A stretch of 64,000 nt of DNA from Octopus sinensis (lineage: Eukaryota), in assembly GCF_006345805.1 (NCBI RefSeq), contig NC_043001.1, forward strand, positions 115,816,001 to 115,880,000, written 5' to 3'. The notes under the pieces are model-generated. The model saw only the letters and a list, made by a program, of their open reading frames with translations, had not been told where the DNA came from and did not search any database. The number at the start of each line of letters is the position of its first letter. Positions within the stretch are counted from its first letter, which is position 1. A program made the translations under genes and the position numbers. Positions 23,245 to 35,880 of this stretch are shown here, piece after piece.

Positions 23245-24720
23245 TCATTCATCATCATCGTTAAAGGTCCGCTTTCCATTCTGGCATGGGTTGGACGATT
23301 TGACTAGGGTCTGGCGAACCAGAGGGCTGCACCAGGCTCCAGTCTTCATCTAGCAGAGTTTCTACAGCTGGATGCCCTTCTTAACACCAACCACAAATAA
23401 TAAAGTGTTCTACATTCATAATAATAATCATCATCATTTAACGTCTGCTTTCCATTCTGGCATGGGTTGGACGATTTGACTGAGGACTGGCGAACCAGAT
23501 GGCTGCACCAGGCTCCAATCTTCATCTGACAGAGTTTCTACAGCTGGAAGCCCTTCTTAACACCAACCGCAAATGATAAAGGGTTCTACATACATAATAA
23601 TAATCATCATCATTTAACGTCCGTCTTCCATGCTAGCATGGGTTGGACGATTTGACTAGGGTCTGGCGAACCAGATGGCTGCACCAGGCTCCAATCTTCA
23701 TCTAGCAGAGTTTCTACAGCTGGATGCCCTTCTTAACACCAACCACAAATGATAAAGGGTTCTACATTCATAATAATAATCATCATCATTATTTAACGTC
23801 TGCTTTCCATTCTGGCATGGGTTGGACGATTTGACTAGGGTCTGGCGAACCAGATGGCTGCACCAGGCTCCAATCTTCATCTAGCAGAGTTTCTACAGCT
23901 GGATGCCCTTCTTAACACCAACCACAAATGATAAAGGGTTCTACATTCATAATAATAATCATCATCATTATTTAACGTCTGCTTTCCATTCTGGCATGGG
24001 TTGGACGATTTGACTAGGCTCTGGCGAACCAGATGGCTGCACCAGGTTTCAATCTTCATCTAGCAGAGTTTCTACAGCTGGATGCCCTTCTTAACACCAA
24101 CCACAAATGATAAAGGGTTCTACATTCATAATAATAATCATCATCATTATTTACGTCTGCTTTCCATTCTGGCATGGGTTGGACGATTTGACTACGGTCT
24201 GGCGAACCAGATGGCTGCACCAGGCTCCAATCTTCATCTAGCAGAGTTTCTACAGCTGGATGCTCTTCTTAAAACCAACCGCAAATGATAAAGGGTTCTA
24301 CATTCATAATAATAATCATCATCATTATTTAACGTCTGCTTTCCATTCTGGCATGGGTTGGACGATTTGACTAGGGTCTGGCGAACCTGATGACTGCACC
24401 AGGCTCCAGTCTTCATCTAGCAGAGTTTTTACAGATGGATGCCCTTCTTAACACCAACCGCAAATCATAAAGGGTTCTACATTCATAATAATAATCATCA
24501 TCATTATTTAACGTCTGCTTTCCATTCTGGCATGGGTTGGACGATTTGACTAGGGTCTGGCGAACCAGATGGCTGCACAAGGCTCCAATCTTCATCTGGC
24601 AGAGTTTCTACAGCTGGATGCCCTTCTTAACACCAACCACATATAATAAAGGGATCTACATACATAATAATCATCATCATTATTTAACGTCTGCTTTCCA
24701 TGCTGGCATGGGTTGGGCGG
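23245..24720. repeat. Tandem satellite, eight full units of 176-179 bp plus a partial, derived from the RTE 3' tail
   Basis: catgggttggac recurs at 23285, 23461, 23637, 23816, 23995, 24173, 24352, 24531 and 24707. Confidence 0.95.
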
Positions 24721-24743
24721 TTATATATATATATAGATAGATA

Positions 24744-25157
24744 GGCGTAGGAGTGGCTGTGTGGTAAGTAGCTTGCTTGCCAACCGCATGGTTCCTGGTC
24801 CAGTCCCACTGCGTGGCGCCATGGGCAAGTGTCTTCTACTATAGCCTCGGGCTGACCAAAGCTTTGTGATTGGATTTGGTAGACGGAAACTGAAAGAAGC
24901 CTGTCGTATATATGTGTATGTGTGTGTGTATGTGTGTGTGTGTTTGTGTGTCTCTGTTTGTCCCCCTAGCATTGTTTGACAACCGATGCTAGTGTGTTTA
25001 TGTCCCCGTCACTTAGCGGTTCGGCAAAAAGAGACCGATAGAATAACTACTGGGCTTAAAAAAAGAATAAGTCCCGGGGTCGATTTGCTCGATTAAAGGG
25101 CGGTGCTCCAGCATGGCCACAGTCAAATGACTGAAACAAGTAAAAGTGTAAAAGAGT
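24744..25157 (+). mobile_element. SINE family A, complete
   Basis: GGCGTAGGAGTGGCTGTGTGG head with A/B-box-like motifs, GGGCAAGTGTCTT, and GGCGGTGCTCCAGCATGGCC tail. Confidence 0.9.
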
Positions 25158-25171
25158 ATATATATATATAT

Positions 25172-25473
25172 ATCACCTTGACCGACCAGGCTATCAGATG
25201 TTGCTACACATCGCTGGTCACAATGCGCTTTGCATTGTTTTAGCCTTCAAATGATGCCATTCCGCTGGCGAAGCAAGCAGGCCAACAGAAGAAAGAGTGA
25301 GAGAAGGTTGTGGCGAAAGAGTACAGCAGGGATCGCCACCACCCTCTGCCGGAGCCTCGTGGAGCTTTTGGTGTTTTCGCTCAATAAACACTCACAACGC
25401 CCGGTCTGGGAATCGAAACCGCGATCCTACGACTGCGAGTCCGCTGCCCTAACCACTGGGCCATTGCGCCTCC
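25172..25473 (-). mobile_element. tRNA-derived SINE family C (tail type 1)
   Basis: Head GGAGGCGCAATGGCCCAGTGGTTAGGGCAGCGGACTCGC...GGTTTCGATTCCC contains A and B boxes. Confidence 0.8.
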
Positions 25474-25684
25474 CCCACACACATACACACACGGTGCATA
25501 ACTACAAAAGAATAAAAGTAGAGGTGTGCAACTGGGAAGAATCTATTACCTGGACCAGCATTCACGAACGACTGCAAAATTTCCTTCACTGATGAGACGA
25601 CGGATCCCGTATTTATTGGTTAAAGCTATTGGATAATTTGGTATTGTTTCTGGTAAATCAAAAGAAGAAAGAAAAAAGATATTG

Positions 25685-25750
25685 GTAAGTTAAGTTAAGT
25701 TAGGTTAAATTTTTTGCTCAAAAAGCAAAAAGCAAGGCCATGTAGGGGGA
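25685..25750 (-). mobile_element. 3' tail of CR1-group family 3, ending in (AACTT)n
   Basis: Reverse complement of tgtcccctacatggccttgctttttgctttttgag seen at 36864-36898. Confidence 0.65.
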
Positions 25751-25757
25751 CAGAGAG

Positions 25758-25853
25758 AATACCAAACGAGTTCCCTATGGATACCGTACTTATTACGTTT
25801 ACAAGCCACTCGTTGTAATAAATACGGTATCCATAGGGAATGAGTTTGGTATT
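25758..25853. repeat. Hairpin, 39-bp arms with 18-bp spacer
   Basis: aataccaaacgagttccctatggataccgtacttattac and gtaataaatacggtatccatagggaatgagtttggtatt. Confidence 0.85.
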
Positions 25854-26263
25854 TTATTTATTACACACGAATAAACGACCATATTTTATTAACCCAATAA
25901 CTAAATTCTTCACGTTTAGTTGTAACTTATGAATGACAAAAGTAGTGCCGTCACCGTGACCTCAGGTCATCACCATGGATTGACCAATCAGAAGCAGCGC
26001 TGTCACCGTGACCTCGGGTCATCACCATGGATTGACCAATCAGAAGCAGCGCTCGCAGTATTTGACATATGTTAGATACCAAAAATATCTCAAAGTGTTC
26101 TCACTCACATGTGTGTAATAAATGGAGTTATGTTTTGCTGAACCGCTAAGTTACGGGGACGTAAACACACCAGCATCGGTTGTCAAGCGATGTTAGGGAG
26201 ACAAACACAGACACCACAAACATACACACACACACAAATACATATACACACACACACACACAC

Positions 26264-26320
<57 letters not shown>

Positions 26321-26403
26321 CGGAGATGTACTCGCATAGCAAGTAATTTGATCTGAGAAACAATTGCAGTGTGGAAAAAACAATGTACATGATAACAATG
26401 TAC

Positions 26404-26680
26404 ATGTATAACAATTGCAGCGTGGAAGGTGTTTATAAGCCATTTAAGAAACACACAAAAGCCGTTCGATTCACTTCAACATTTAAGTTTAATTTGTCAA
26501 AATATTTTCGTCGCTAAAATCCGCGACCAGTTCACTGACAAAAATCCGTGCTAGTAAACAGGTCGCGGTCTTAAAGCAACGAAAATATTTTGACAAATCA
26601 AACTTAAATGTTGAAGTGAATCGAACGGCTTTTGTGTGTTTCTTAAATGGCTTATAAACACCTTCCACGCTGCAATTGTT

Positions 26681-26686
<6 letters not shown>
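26404..26686. repeat. Fold-back element, ~125-bp arms with 32-bp spacer, adjacent to (AT)n
   Basis: 26404-26528 is the reverse complement of 26561-26686. Confidence 0.9.
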
Positions 26687-26719
<33 letters not shown>

Positions 26720-26789
26720 ACAGGCTTCTTTCAGTTTCCGTCTACCAAATCCAAACACAAGTTAAGTTAAGTTAAGTTAAGTTAATTTT

Positions 26790-27307
26790 GGGGCTTATTC
26801 TTTGTAAGCCCAGTACTTATTCTATCGGTCTCTTTTGACGAACCGCTAAGTTACGGGGACGTAAACACACCAGCATCGGTTGTCAGGCGATGTTGGGGGA
26901 CAAACACAGACACACAAACATACACACATACAAACACACACACACATACATATACACACATATATATATATATATATATACGACGGGCTTCTTTCAGTTT
27001 CCGTCTACCGAATACACTCATAAGGTTGTGGCCGGCCCGAGGCTATAGTAGAAGACACTTTCTCAAGGTGCCACGCCGTGGGACTGAACCCCGAACCATG
27101 TGTATGTGTGTCTCTGTTTGTCCCCCTAGCATTGCTTAACAACCGATGCTGGTGTGTTTACGTCCCCGTCACTTCGTGGTTCGGCAAAAGAGACCGATAG
27201 AATAAGTACTGGGCTTACAAAGAATAAGTCCTGGAGTCGATTTGCTCGATTAAAGGCGGTGCTCCAGCATGGCCGCAGTCAAATGACTGAAACAAGTAAA
27301 AGAGTAT
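26790..27307. mobile_element. Two SINE family A fragments in opposite orientation
   Basis: Minus-strand piece ~26795-27100; plus-strand 3' half ~27105-27307. Confidence 0.75.
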
Positions 27308-27670
27308 CTTACAAACAATAACCCTGAGCCCCTTTTCAAACCCCACCCGTCTAACACCCGTGGACATGTTTACAAAGTAAGAAAACAGCACAGCTCCCAT
27401 GACTTTAGGAAACATTTTTTCACGCTGAGAGTTGCTGAAGCATGGAACAAACTGCCGGCATCAGTTGTTAGTTGTCGCAGCACTGCATCCTTCAAAATTT
27501 CCATGCTTTCTGAGATTCGCCAACACTAGCCTGATTTTCTCCCTTCCATACACGCAAGCATGGATCTGACTCATGCATTGTTCACTTTCCAGGCATTTGT
27601 ACATTACTGCATATGCTTTATATGCACTTTTGACAAGTTGTGGTGCACCTGAGCACTGTATACAATAATT
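27308..27670 (+). mobile_element. CR1-group family 2, 3' fragment
   Basis: NTRGHVYKVRKQH..FFTLRVAEAWNKLP motif plus 3'UTR, followed by (ATT)n. Confidence 0.85.
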
Positions 27671-27729
<59 letters not shown>

Positions 27730-27733
<4 letters not shown>

Positions 27734-27930
27734 TCATTTACTTTCAATCTGCATGTTTGATGCAATCACTTGCCGGGACACACCCAGCGCCCTAGGGCAA
27801 GTGAAGGTTAAGAGTTGTTGAAATATAGCTGAAAGCTTGGGGAGGGGAAGTAGAGAAATATCTCCATGTAATACAACACAAACGTTTACATTGATAGGGT
27901 TTTTCTAAGGATGTGGGCAGTACTTGTTTA
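27730..27930 (-). mobile_element. R4/Dong-like element extreme 3' end
   Basis: Reverse complement reads TSTAHILRK(T)LSM*, matching the C-terminus at 38502-38741; (ATT)n on both sides. Confidence 0.6.
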
Positions 27931-27957
27931 TTATTATTATTTCTATTATTATTATTA

Positions 27958-28358
27958 TTGAGTGGGAGAGCAGTTCATGCCATCAAAGCGACACTGGGGT
28001 AAAATATATGAAGCCCAATATACCCATCATGACTACCCGTCTGATAAGGGTACACCAGGCACATGCATCACAACCATAAGTGCGCGACATGATGATCTCA
28101 TATCAAGATAAACAGCACATGACCTTGCAGGTGGGGCCCAGTTAGAATTTTCTTCAGTCGAGTAGCCCATCCGCTCAAAAGCTCCCTGAATAAGGTTGTT
28201 TAAGGATGTTGAAAGAACCACCCATGTTTCCAGAGGTTAATTATTCAAACCCCAAAGAATCCTTCTCAACACATGGCTATGATGCCTCCCCTACTTCTGC
28301 TCGTGATCAGAGATGCACGTATCCTCAGTCACTAGGGACATGCTCAACTGGTTAAGTC

Positions 28359-28360
<2 letters not shown>
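27958..28360 (-). mobile_element. ~400-bp non-coding element D, always embedded in (AAT)n (copies also at 29558-29970 minus and 40590-41097 plus)
   Basis: Three near-identical copies; 3' end ...ctctcactc(AAT)n; no ORF. Confidence 0.75.
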
Positions 28361-28409
<49 letters not shown>

Positions 28410-28537
28410 CATTATCATCATTATTATCATTATTATTATTATTATTATCATTATTATTATTATTAAAAAGACAAAACAATGTACATGATAACACTTCCAA
28501 TCAGTTAAGATCAGAAGCCATGAGAGCCACTGCCTGG

Positions 28538-28596
<59 letters not shown>

Positions 28597-28598
28597 CA

Positions 28599-29229
28599 CC
28601 ATCCGTTCGTGTTCGTTGCCAGCCTCGCCTGGCCACGTGCCGGTGACACGTAAAAGCACCGTCCGTTCGTGGCCGTTTGTCAGCTCTGTCTGGCCCCGTG
28701 TCGGTGGCACGTAAAACCACCATCCGTTCGTGTCCGTTGCCAGCCTCGGCTGGCCCCCGTGCCGGTGACACGTAAAAGCCCGTCCGTTCGTGGCCGTTTG
28801 CCAGCTCTGTCTGGCAACCGTGTCGGTGGCACGTAAAAGCACCATCCGTTCGCGTCCGTTGCCACCTCGGCTGGCCCCCGTGCCGGTGACACGTAAAAGC
28901 ACCGTCTGTTCGTGGCGTTTGCCAGCTCTGTCTGGCCCCGTGTCGGTGGCACGTAAAAGCACCGTCCGTTCGTGTCCGTTGCCAGCATCGCCTGGCCCCG
29001 TGCCGGTGACACGTAAAAGCACCATCCGTTCGTGGCCGTTCGCCAGCCCTGTCTGGCACCTGTGCAGGTGGCACGTAAAAACCACCCACTACACTCGCGG
29101 AGTGGTTGGCGTTAGGAAGGGCATCCAGCCGTAGAAACACTGCCAGATCTGACTGGGCCTGACGAAGCCTTCCAGCTTCACAGACCCCAGTTGACCCGTC
29201 CAACCCATGCTAGCATGGAAAGCGGACGC

Positions 29230-29235
<6 letters not shown>
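28599..29235 (+). mobile_element. RTE 3'UTR with eight copies of a ~60-bp minisatellite and an (ATG)n tail
   Basis: Units at 28599, 28659, 28720, 28780, 28840, 28900, 28960 and 29021; tail ggcgttaggaagggcatcc...cgctaaatgatgatg. Confidence 0.8.
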
Positions 29236-29560
<325 letters not shown>

Positions 29561-29966
29561 AGTGAGCGAGCAGAGCATGCCATCAAAGTGACACTGGGGT
29601 AAAATATACGAAGCCCAGTATACCCATCATGACTACCCGTCTGATAAAGGTACACCAGGCACATGCATCACAACCATATGTGCGCGACATGGTGATCTCA
29701 TATCAAGATAAACAGCACATGACCTTGCAGGTGGAGCCCAGTTAGAATTTTCTTCAGATCGAGTAACACATCCCGCTCAAAAGGTCCCTGAATAAGGGTT
29801 GTTTATGGACGTTGAACGAAACACCCATGTTTCCAGAGGTGAATTATTCAAACCCCAAAGAATCCTTCTCAACACATGGCTATGATGCTCCCCCCACTAC
29901 TTCTGCTCGTGATCAGAGATGCACATATCGTCAGCCACTAAGGGACATGCTCAACTGGTTAAGGTC

Positions 29967-30017
<51 letters not shown>

Positions 30018-30249
30018 CATTATTATCATTATTATTATTATTATTATTATCATTATTATTATTATTAAAAAGGGAGTTGGAGAGTAAGATAAAGAGGGCG
30101 ATAGTGAGAGAGATGATAATGGAAATAAGTTGAGAGATGTTCTCGAGTGACAATGAGGAAGGGTGAGACGAGGTGAGATGATATACAGGCTTGGGCAGGG
30201 TCAGTGGGTAGGGTGAGGTTTGCTAATTCCACATTCGTCCCCTACTTAC

Positions 30250-30344
30250 ACTTTCAGACAAGGCCTTTCTCCTTGGTCTTGGAGAGGCAGTTCGGGACGC
30301 GCTTCGACTGTTGGAGGGTGACCGAAAATTGCTTGCCGCTTCTT
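30250..30344 (-). CDS. Candidate internal exon of an unidentified host gene (95 nt)
   Basis: Acceptor tttttttctgtatttccag and donor gtaagtag; two open frames (EAASNFRSPSNSRSASRTASPRPRRKALSES or KKRQAIFGHPP...); unique, GC-richer island. Confidence 0.55.
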
Positions 30345-30503
30345 CTGGAAATACAGAAAAAAAAAAACAGAAGAAAATAATGAGAGCGAGAGAAAAACGG
30401 AAAGAGAAGGAGAGAGAGGGATAGACATAGAGTGAGAGAAGGAAATAAATTGAGAGAGAGCTATAGTGATCATCATCATCATCATCACCACCATCATCAC
30501 CAC

Positions 30504-30535
<32 letters not shown>

Positions 30536-30625
30536 CCACCACCACCACCACACCATCATCATCATCATCATCATCACCACCACCACACCACCATCATCAT
30601 CATCATCACCACCACAATCACCACC

Positions 30626-30659
<34 letters not shown>

Positions 30660-30669
30660 TTATCATCAT

Positions 30670-31320
30670 CATTATCGCTTAACGTCCATTCTCCATGCTA
30701 GCATGGGTGACGGTTCAACTGGGGTCTTGGAAGCCAGAAGGCTGCGCCAGGCTCCAGTCTGATCTGGCAGTGTTTCTACAGCTGGATGCTCTTCCTAACG
30801 CCAACCACTCCGAGATTGTAGTGGGTGCTACATATATATATATATCATCATCATCGTTTAACGTCCGTTTTCTGTGCTAGCATGGGTTGGACGGTTCAAC
30901 TGGGATCCGGGAAGTCAGGAGGCTGCACCAGGCTCCAGTCTGATCTGGCAGTGTTTCTACAGCTGGATGCCCTTCCTAACGCCAACCACTCCAAGAGTGT
31001 AGTGGGTGCTACACATATATATATCATCATATCATCGTTTAACGTCCATTCCCCATGCTAGCATGGGTTGGACGGTTCGACCGAGGATCTGGGAAGCCAG
31101 GAGGCTGCACCAGGCTCCAGTCTGATCTGACAGTGTTTCTACAGCTTGATGCCCTTCCTAATGCCAACCACTCTGTGAGTGTAGTGGGTGCGACATATAA
31201 ATATGTATATATATATATCATCATATCTTCGTTTAACGTTCGTTTTCCATGCTAGCATGGGTTAGACAGTTCGACCGAGGATCTGGGAAGCCAGAAGGCT
31301 GCACCAGGGTCCAGTCTGAT
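30670..31320. repeat. Second RTE-tail tandem array (units of 179, 181 and 194 bp plus a partial)
   Basis: catggg at 30702, 30881, 31062 and 31256. Confidence 0.9.
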
Positions 31321-31399
31321 ATAAAATTCAAAATCAATTAATCATATTATTGTGTTGACTCTGAAGTTTTGCAATATTTTGGCAACTTTTTTTTTCTCT

Positions 31400-31600
31400 T
31401 TTAATTGTTTCAGTCATTTGACTGCGGCCATGCTGGAGCATCACCTTTAATCGAGCAACTCGACCCCGAGACTTATTCTTTTGTAAGCCCAGTACTTATT
31501 CTATCGGTCTCTTATGCCGAACCGCTAGGTGACGGGGATATAAACACACCAGCATCGGTTGTCAAGCAATGCTAGGGGGACAAACACAAACACACAAACA

Positions 31601-31674
<74 letters not shown>

Positions 31675-31845
31675 TACGACGGGCTTCTTTCAATTTCCGT
31701 CTCCCAAATCCACTCACAAGGCATTGGTCGGCCCGAGGCTATAGCAGAAGACACTTGCCCAAGTTGCCACGCAGTGGGACTGAACCCGGAACCATGTAGG
31801 TGGTAAACAAGCTACTTACCACTCAGCCACTCCTGTGCCTATATA

Positions 31846-31890
<45 letters not shown>

Positions 31891-32090
31891 CACATATATA
31901 TATATATACATATATACATATATACGACGGCCTTCTTTCAGTTTCCATCTACCAAATCCACTCACAAGGCTTTGGTCGGCCCGAGGCTATAGTAGAAGAC
32001 ACTTGCCCAAGGTACCACGCAGTGGGACTGAACCCGGAACCATGTAGGTGGTAAACAAGCTACTTACCACTCAGCCACTCCTGCGCCTTG
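31400..32090 (-). mobile_element. SINE family A with duplicated 5' head
   Basis: Full copy ~31400-31840 plus a second head ~31920-32090. Confidence 0.8.
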
Positions 32091-32094
32091 TTTG

Positions 32095-32310
32095 CTTTAT
32101 TCCTCAAGTTACAACCAAAGCAACTTAGAATTCAGATTCAGGGGCCATCGTGTTGTTCCGCCTGAAGCCAGTTTTCTGCTATTCCATTCAATCCATGCTA
32201 ATATCCGTTCTTGCCCGTCAAGGTGAAGAATTCCTTCACTCATGTTTCCATCTTGTCTTCGTTGACGAAGCTCAGGACGTGAGCCTTGAATTGGAACAAG
32301 TAATTTTTTT
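32095..32310 (-). mobile_element. Mariner/Tc1 transposase C-terminal remnant
   Basis: FVNEDKMET*VKEFFTLTGKNGY*HGLNGIAENWLQAEQHDG resembles the mariner C-terminus (V.EFF...Y..GI..L..RW....DG). Confidence 0.55.
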
Positions 32311-32904
32311 GTCGCCCTTTTCAAACCTAGCCAGGCTCATGGGCCCGGTTTCCCGGTTTCTGTGGAGTATGTGTTCACCCCAGGTGGACGGGACGCCAGT
32401 CCATCACAGCGTTACTCAAGACAAAGAAAGAGAGAGTAAGAGAAAGTTGGGGCGAAAGAGTACAACAGGGGTCGCCTCCACCCCCTGCCAGAGCCTCGTG
32501 GAGATTTAGGTGTTTTCGCTCAATAAACACACGCAACGCTCGGTCTGGGAATCAAAACCGCGATCCTCCGACCACGAATCCACTGCACTAACCACTCGGC
32601 CATTGCGCCTCCACAAAATATATTCACCCTTTTCAAGCTTAGCCGGGCTCATGGGCCCGGTCCCCCCCCCCAGCTGGTCGGGACGCCAGACCATCGCAGC
32701 GTTACTCAAGAAACAGAAAGAGAGAGTGAGAGAAAGCTATGGCAAAAGAGTACAACAAGGGTTGCCACCACCCCCTGCTGGAGCCCCGTGGAGCTTTTAG
32801 GTGTTTTCGCTCAATAAACACACACGACGCTCGGTCTGGGAATCGAAACCGCGATCCTCCAACCGCGAGCCCACAGCCCTAACCACTGGGCCATTGTGCC
32901 TCCA
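32311..32904 (-). mobile_element. Two tandem copies of SINE family C (tail type 2)
   Basis: 32311-32613 and 32623-32904; same head as 25172-25473 but a different 3' part. Confidence 0.8.
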
Positions 32905-33069
32905 CGGAACAAGTAATACTCCAAGGGAACTAGGTCCGGACTACATATGCTAGGTGTGTTAACAGTTCAATTCCCCTTGCTTATTCATCAGCCCTAAACA
33001 ACCATTGTTTTCAGAGACCTTTTGAGCAGGATCAACTACTCAACGTGAAGGAAACTCTATTATAACTCT

Positions 33070-35400
33070 GGAACCCCTATCTTGCCAAGATATAATCGTC
33101 TCGAAGCCGTTCAGCGACGTGCAACCAAAAGAATACCCTCCATCAGGCATTTGCCATATTCTGAACGCCTTACTTCCCTGGGCATGGATATATTGAAACG
33201 CCGACGTCTGGCAGTTGACTTGGCAAACACCCATAAAATTATCAACCATCTTACAAACAATAACTCTGAGCACCATTTCAAACTCCACCTGTCTAACACC
33301 CGTGGACATGTTTACAAAGTCAGAAAACAGCTCAGCTCCCATGACTTTTGGAAACATTTTTTCACACTAAGAGTTGCTGAAGCATGAAACAAACTGCCAG
33401 CATCAGTTGTTAGTTGTCGGAGCACTGCATCCTTCAAAACTTCCATGCTTTCTGAGATTTGCCAACACTACACCTGATCTTCTCCCCTCCGTACACACGC
33501 TGATGTATGGAACAAACTGCCGGCATCAGTTGTTAGTTGTCGGAGCACTGCATCCTTCAAAACTTCCATGCTTCCTGAGATTCGCCAACACTACACCTGA
33601 TTTTCTACCCTCCATACACACACAAGTATGTATCTGACTCATACACTGTTCACTTCCCAGCCATTTGTACACTACTGCATATACTTTATACGCACTTTTG
33701 ACAAGTTGTGGTGCACCTGAGCACTGTATATAATAATTTCATTATTATTATAATTAAAATTATTAACCCTCTTACAAACAATAACTCTGAGTACCTTTTC
33801 AAACTCCACCCATCTAACATCCGTGGACATATTTACAAAGTCAGAAAACAGCACAGCTCCGATGACTTTTGGAAACATTCTTTCACTCTAAGAGTTGCTG
33901 TGGTATGGAACAAACTGCCGGCATCAGTTGTTAGTTGTCGGAGCACAGCATCCTTCAAAACTTCCATGGTTTCTGAGATTCGCCAACACTAGACCTGATT
34001 TTCCCCCTCCATACACACGCTGAAGCATTGAACAAACTGCCGGCATCAGTTGTTAATTGTCGGAGCACTGCATCCTTCAAAACTTCCATGCTTTCTGAGA
34101 TTTGCCAACACTACACCTGATTTTCTCCCCTCCATACACACGCTGAAGCATTGAGCAAACTGCCGGCATCAGTTGTTAGTTGTCGGAGCACTGCATCCTT
34201 CAAAACTTCCATGCTTTCTGAGATTTGCCAACACTACACCTGATCTTCTCCCCTCCGTACACACGCTGATGTATGGAACAAACTGCCGGCATCAGTTGTT
34301 AGTTGTCGGAGCACTGCATCCTTCAAAACTTCCATGCTTCCTGAGATTCGCCAACACTACACCTGATTTTCTACCCTCCATACACACACAAGTATGTATC
34401 TGACTCATACACTGTTCACTTCCCAGCCATTTGTACACTACTGCATATACTTTATACGCACTTTTGACAAGTTGTGGTGCACCTGAGCACTGTATATAAT
34501 AATTTCATTATTATTATAATTAAAATTATTAACCCTCTTACAAACAATAACTCTGAGTACCTTTTCAAACTCCACCCATCTAACATCCGTGGACATATTT
34601 ACAAAGTCAGAAAACAGCACAGCTCCGATGACTTTTGGAAACATTCTTTCACTCTAAGAGTTGCTGTGGTATGGAACAAACTGCCGGCATCAGTTGTTAG
34701 TTGTCGGAGCACAGCATCCTTCAAAACTTCCATGGTTTCTGAGATTCGCCAACACTAGACCTGATTTTCCCCCTCCATACACACGCTGAAGCATTGAACA
34801 AACTGCCGGCATCAGTTGTTAATTGTCGGAGCACTGCATCCTTCAAAACTTCCATGCTTTCTGAGATTTGCCAACACTACACCTGATCTTCTCCCCTCCA
34901 TACACACGCTGAAGCATTGAGCAAACTGCCGGCATCAGTTGTTAGTTGCCGGAGCACAGCATCCTTCAAAACTTCCATGCTTCCTGAGATTCGCCAACAC
35001 TACACCTGATCTTCTCCCCTCCATACACACGCTGAAGCATTGAACAAATTGCCGGCATCAGTTGTTAGTTGCCGGAGCACTGCATCCTTCAAAACTTCCA
35101 TGCTTTCTGAGATTTGCCAACACTACAACCTGATCTTCTCCCCTCCATACACACGCTGATGTATGGAACAAACTGCCAGCATCAGTTGTAGTTGTCGGAG
35201 CACTGCATCCTTCAAAACTTCCATGCTTCCTGAGATTCGCCAACACTACACCTGATTTTCTCCCCTCCATACACACACAAGCATGTATCTGACTTATGCA
35301 TTGTTCGCTTTCAATACATTTGTACATTACTGCATACGCTTTATACGCACTTTCTGACAAGTTGTGGTGCACCTGAGCACTGTATACAATAATTTCATTA
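33070..35400 (+). repeat. CR1-group family 2 3' ends amplified into ~123-bp arrays within a 766-bp higher-order duplication
   Basis: caaactgcc recurs at 33390, 33513; 33911, 34033, 34156, 34279; 34677, 34799, 34922, 35045, 35169. Confidence 0.9.
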
Positions 35401-35679
35401 TTATAAAATAACTTCACTTATTAAATAACTGTTTTGAACTAGGAGTGTCGTGTTTACATTGTACTACACGTAACTTTAAATATTTTTTAAAATAGCATTC
35501 TATTCTTCCTAAATTTTAGATCTTAATGTGTTTCATAAATCAATAAGGAAATAGCAAACCTTGCTACATTTGAGTATCTAATAAGCAATAGTTTATAAGG
35601 AAATTTAATAATATAAGCATATTAAATTAAGTTGAATAAAATCTTTTTAGATTCCTATGATTATTACATAAATTACATA

Positions 35680-35849
35680 GGCGCAGAAGTGGCTGTGTGG
35701 TAAGTAGCTTGCATACCAACCACATGGTTCTGGGTTCAGTCCCACTGCGTGGCATTTTGGGCAAATGTATTCTGCTATAGCCCCGGGGGGACCAATGCCT
35801 TGTGAGTGGGTTTGGTAGGCGGAAACTGAAAGAAGCCTGTCGTGTATAC

Positions 35850-35880
<31 letters not shown>

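Noticed and set aside
23245-24720. Regularly spaced repeats as a CRISPR array (also 28599-29080 and 33370-35280)
   Set aside because: The whole unit repeats, there are no unique spacers or cas genes, and the context is eukaryotic.
24744-24820. tRNA genes at SINE heads (also 25400-25473)
   Set aside because: No full cloverleaf or acceptor stem; they continue into SINE bodies.
25585-25612. CTGATGAG hammerhead core
   Set aside because: A stem-II-like sequence follows but there is no GAAA or stem III; at most a truncated half.
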